Shown in pieces: positions 17,311 through 19,106 of a DNA stretch of 19,106 bases; the first letter of the stretch is position 1, and every line of letters starts with the position of its first letter. The notes beneath the pieces were generated by a model. It saw nothing but the letters and a program-made list of their open reading frames with translations. It was not told where the DNA came from and did no database searches. This DNA comes from Promethearchaeota archaeon (GTDB lineage: Archaea; Asgardarchaeota; Lokiarchaeia; Sigyniarchaeales; SOKP01): assembly GCA_019058365.1 (NCBI GenBank), contig JAHPZE010000050.1, forward strand, positions 1-19,106, given 5' to 3'. The position numbers were made by a program, and so were the translations under genes.

Positions 17311-17844
17311 TTATTCTTCAACAGGAATTTTTATTAGTGAAAGAACGTCATAGCCGATTAATTTATCTCTGCCATGTAAACTTCCTGTTAGCTCAATTAT
17401 AAAAGCTATGCCTACTACTTCACCACCAGCTTTTTCTACTAAATTACACGCTGCTTTAGCTGTCCCTCCGGTTGCTAATAAATCATCGAACACCAATACT
17501 TTATCTCCTTTTTCAATTGCATCAATATGCATTTCAATACTATCTGTTCCATATTCAAGTTCATAAATTTCACTTAGGGTATTGTATGGTAATTTCCCTG
17601 GTTTTCTCATTAGGATAAATCCAGCATCGAGTTGATAGGCCAAAACTCCACCCCATACATAACCACGAGCTTCAATAGCAGCTACTTTCGTAATTTCTTT
17701 ATCTTTATAGTTGTTAATAATTCTATCACAAGATTCTTTAAATGGGGTGTGAGCTTTACATAAAGTTGTGATGTCTTTAAATTGGATTCCCGGTTTTGGC
17801 CAGTCTGGAACATTTCTTATATATTTTAATAGTTTATCTTCCAT
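17311..17844 (-). CDS. apt: Adenine phosphoribosyltransferase
   Basis: PDWPKPGIQFKDITTL, EARG, RKPGKLP, YELEYG, PRPP-binding VFDDLLATGGT. Confidence 0.96.
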   Translation of the reverse strand: MEDKLLKYIRNVPDWPKPGIQFKDITTLCKAHTPFKESCDRIINNYKDKEITKVAAIEARGYVWGGVLAYQLDAGFILMRKPGKLPYNTLSEIYELEYGTDSIEMHIDAIEKGDKVLVFDDLLATGGTAKAACNLVEKAGGEVVGIAFIIELTGSLHGRDKLIGYDVLSLIKIPVEE

Positions 17845-17957
17845 TTTTTATCCATCCCATGCTATTTTTTCTTAAATTGATTTTTTTTTATGTATTGCAT
17901 TTATATATTTCTTACATTGATTTTTTATCCATTCCATTTATTTATTTCTTAAAACGA
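17845..17957. repeat. Three degenerate tandem ~36-bp units immediately upstream of apt
   Basis: Units start at 17845, 17885 and 17922; hand-aligned ungapped identities 25/36, 28/36 and 29/36. Confidence 0.7.
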
Positions 17958-17967
17958 TTTTTTCAAA

Positions 17968-17986
17968 TAAACCTTAATTTACTTTT
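17968..17986. promoter_or_regulatory. 19-bp motif TAAACCTTAATTTACTTTT, copy 2
   Basis: Identical to 16240-16258; lies in the apt/GTPase divergent spacer. Confidence 0.55.
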
Positions 17987-18075
17987 AATAATTAGAAAAA
18001 ATTAAATAAAAATTAAAGTATAAGAAATATATTAAAGATAAATAAAAAATAAATTGTAAATCTGGTTACATTTAA

Positions 18076-19032
18076 ATGAAGATCTTACTTTTTGGGCCAG
18101 CTGGAGCAGGCAAGACATCTCTAATGAGAACAACTTGTTTAGGATATAATTTTATGAAAGTTTTAAATTTAAAACCGACTAAAGGTGTTTCAAGAGAAAA
18201 TTTTATTTTTCGTGGTATAATGGAGCTTAACGTATGGGATCTTGGTGGACAGGAAAGATATATGGAAAGGTACTTTTCAGAATCCCAACGTGAACTGATT
18301 TTTTCAGAAGCAACTACAGCTGTTTTCATGGTTGATTCTTCAGCAATTGATCCTGAAGTACGTGACATTTTTGATAAATTTTTAAAATATGTATTTGAAT
18401 TTTCTCCTAAAATCAATATGATCTATGTTTTATTGAATAAAATTGATTTACAGGAATCGAAGGAAGATGAATATTATGAAATATTAACGAAAGATCTAAA
18501 TGGTGGATTACTAGAAAAGCTTTCTTTTACTCCAGTCTCTGTAAAAGAAGGTAGTGCTCAACATAGGTTAATTGAAATTCTTGATTTTGAAATTCAAAAG
18601 AATACTCTATCAATGCAACGATTGGGAAAAATACGTCATTTGTTAGATGAACTAAAAATCAATACTTTATCAGAATATCTTTTATTTAATCAACCCGATG
18701 GTTTGTTAATTTCCTCTACATTTGGTAAATTTGAATCAAAACCACTACAATTTATGAAATTCGAAATTGGAACTTTAGATTCTAATATTTACAGTATTTA
18801 TCAACACATTATGGAACTCCAAAACATATCGAATCTTTCACCATTATCATTATCAACTATTGTTTACGAGTCAGATAATTGTTGGATTTTAGTGAAAGAA
18901 GTAAGTAATGGAGCCGTTCTAATGGCAGTAACAAGGAACAAACGGCGAGAAGTCTTTTCCAGTGTAATGAATGCACTGACAGGAGACTCTTTCGAAAATT
19001 TAAAGTTATATTTGAAATCTTCTGAATATTAA
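18076..19032 (+). CDS. Rag/Gtr1-like small GTPase with C-terminal roadblock-like domain
   Basis: G1 GPAGAGKT, G2 LKPT, G3 WDLGGQ, G4 NKID, G5 SVK. C-terminal part has a roadblock pattern (YLLFNQPDGLLISS ... IVYESDNCWILVKEVSNGAVLMAVT). Confidence 0.88.
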   Translation: MKILLFGPAGAGKTSLMRTTCLGYNFMKVLNLKPTKGVSRENFIFRGIMELNVWDLGGQERYMERYFSESQRELIFSEATTAVFMVDSSAIDPEVRDIFDKFLKYVFEFSPKINMIYVLLNKIDLQESKEDEYYEILTKDLNGGLLEKLSFTPVSVKEGSAQHRLIEILDFEIQKNTLSMQRLGKIRHLLDELKINTLSEYLLFNQPDGLLISSTFGKFESKPLQFMKFEIGTLDSNIYSIYQHIMELQNISNLSPLSLSTIVYESDNCWILVKEVSNGAVLMAVTRNKRREVFSSVMNALTGDSFENLKLYLKSSEY

Positions 19033-19050
19033 TATTCAAGTTAAAAAATA

Positions 19051-19103
19051 GAACAGTAGCAAAGGATTTTAAACTCTAAAACCCTTTGAACTATAGTTTG
19101 TTC
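19051..19103 (-). terminator. Long imperfect hairpin followed on the minus strand by a U-tract
   Basis: Minus-strand stem CAAAGGGUUUUA/UAAAAUCCUUUG (12 bp including one G-U), outer GAACA/UGUUC pairing, then UUUUUU. Confidence 0.3.
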
Positions 19104-19106
19104 CAT

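Noticed and set aside
17845-17957. Possible mini-CRISPR array
   Set aside because: Units are directly adjacent with no unique spacers, are degenerate, and no cas genes are present.
17796-18005. 69-aa hydrophobic plus-strand ORF
   Set aside because: The F/L/I richness comes from the T-rich tandem repeat, and it overlaps the apt start antisense.
18072-19039. Minus-strand ORFs 18072..18416 and 18857..19039
   Set aside because: Antisense shadows of the GTPase gene.
1-19106. Selenocysteine recoding or SECIS elements (known in Lokiarchaeia)
   Set aside because: No recognised gene appears truncated at an in-frame TGA at a Cys-equivalent position, and I saw no convincing SECIS fold by eye.

Overview
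Very AT-rich archaeal chromosomal DNA, most likely Asgard (Lokiarchaeia-like). The assignment rests on a Rag-type small GTPase fused to a roadblock-like domain, a HEAT+LRR protein, a eukaryote-like presenilin, an M1 peptidase ending in an IPGY-TM-KK (Loki-CTERM-like) tail, mch, an archaeal RecJ/Cdc45-type DHH protein and a beta-CASP nuclease. The left half is protease-rich (M1 peptidase, presenilin, archaemetzincin). The right end holds a purine/MTA salvage trio (mtnP, PfkB nucleoside kinase, apt) head-to-head with the Rag-like GTPase. I saw no rRNA, tRNA, CRISPR array or transposase. Signals not in the ORF track: (1) an exact 19-bp motif shared by the mtnP/kinase and apt/Rag divergent spacers; (2) a triplicated ~36-bp unit upstream of apt with a partial inverted copy facing the GTPase; (3) a GTGTT/AACAC operator-like cluster between a wHTH gene and the M1 peptidase; (4) a 76-codon in-frame extension of the 10204 ORF with no canonical start (likely ATT); (5) two unannotated small genes and one probably frameshifted small gene. 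All functional links are inference from sequence alone.
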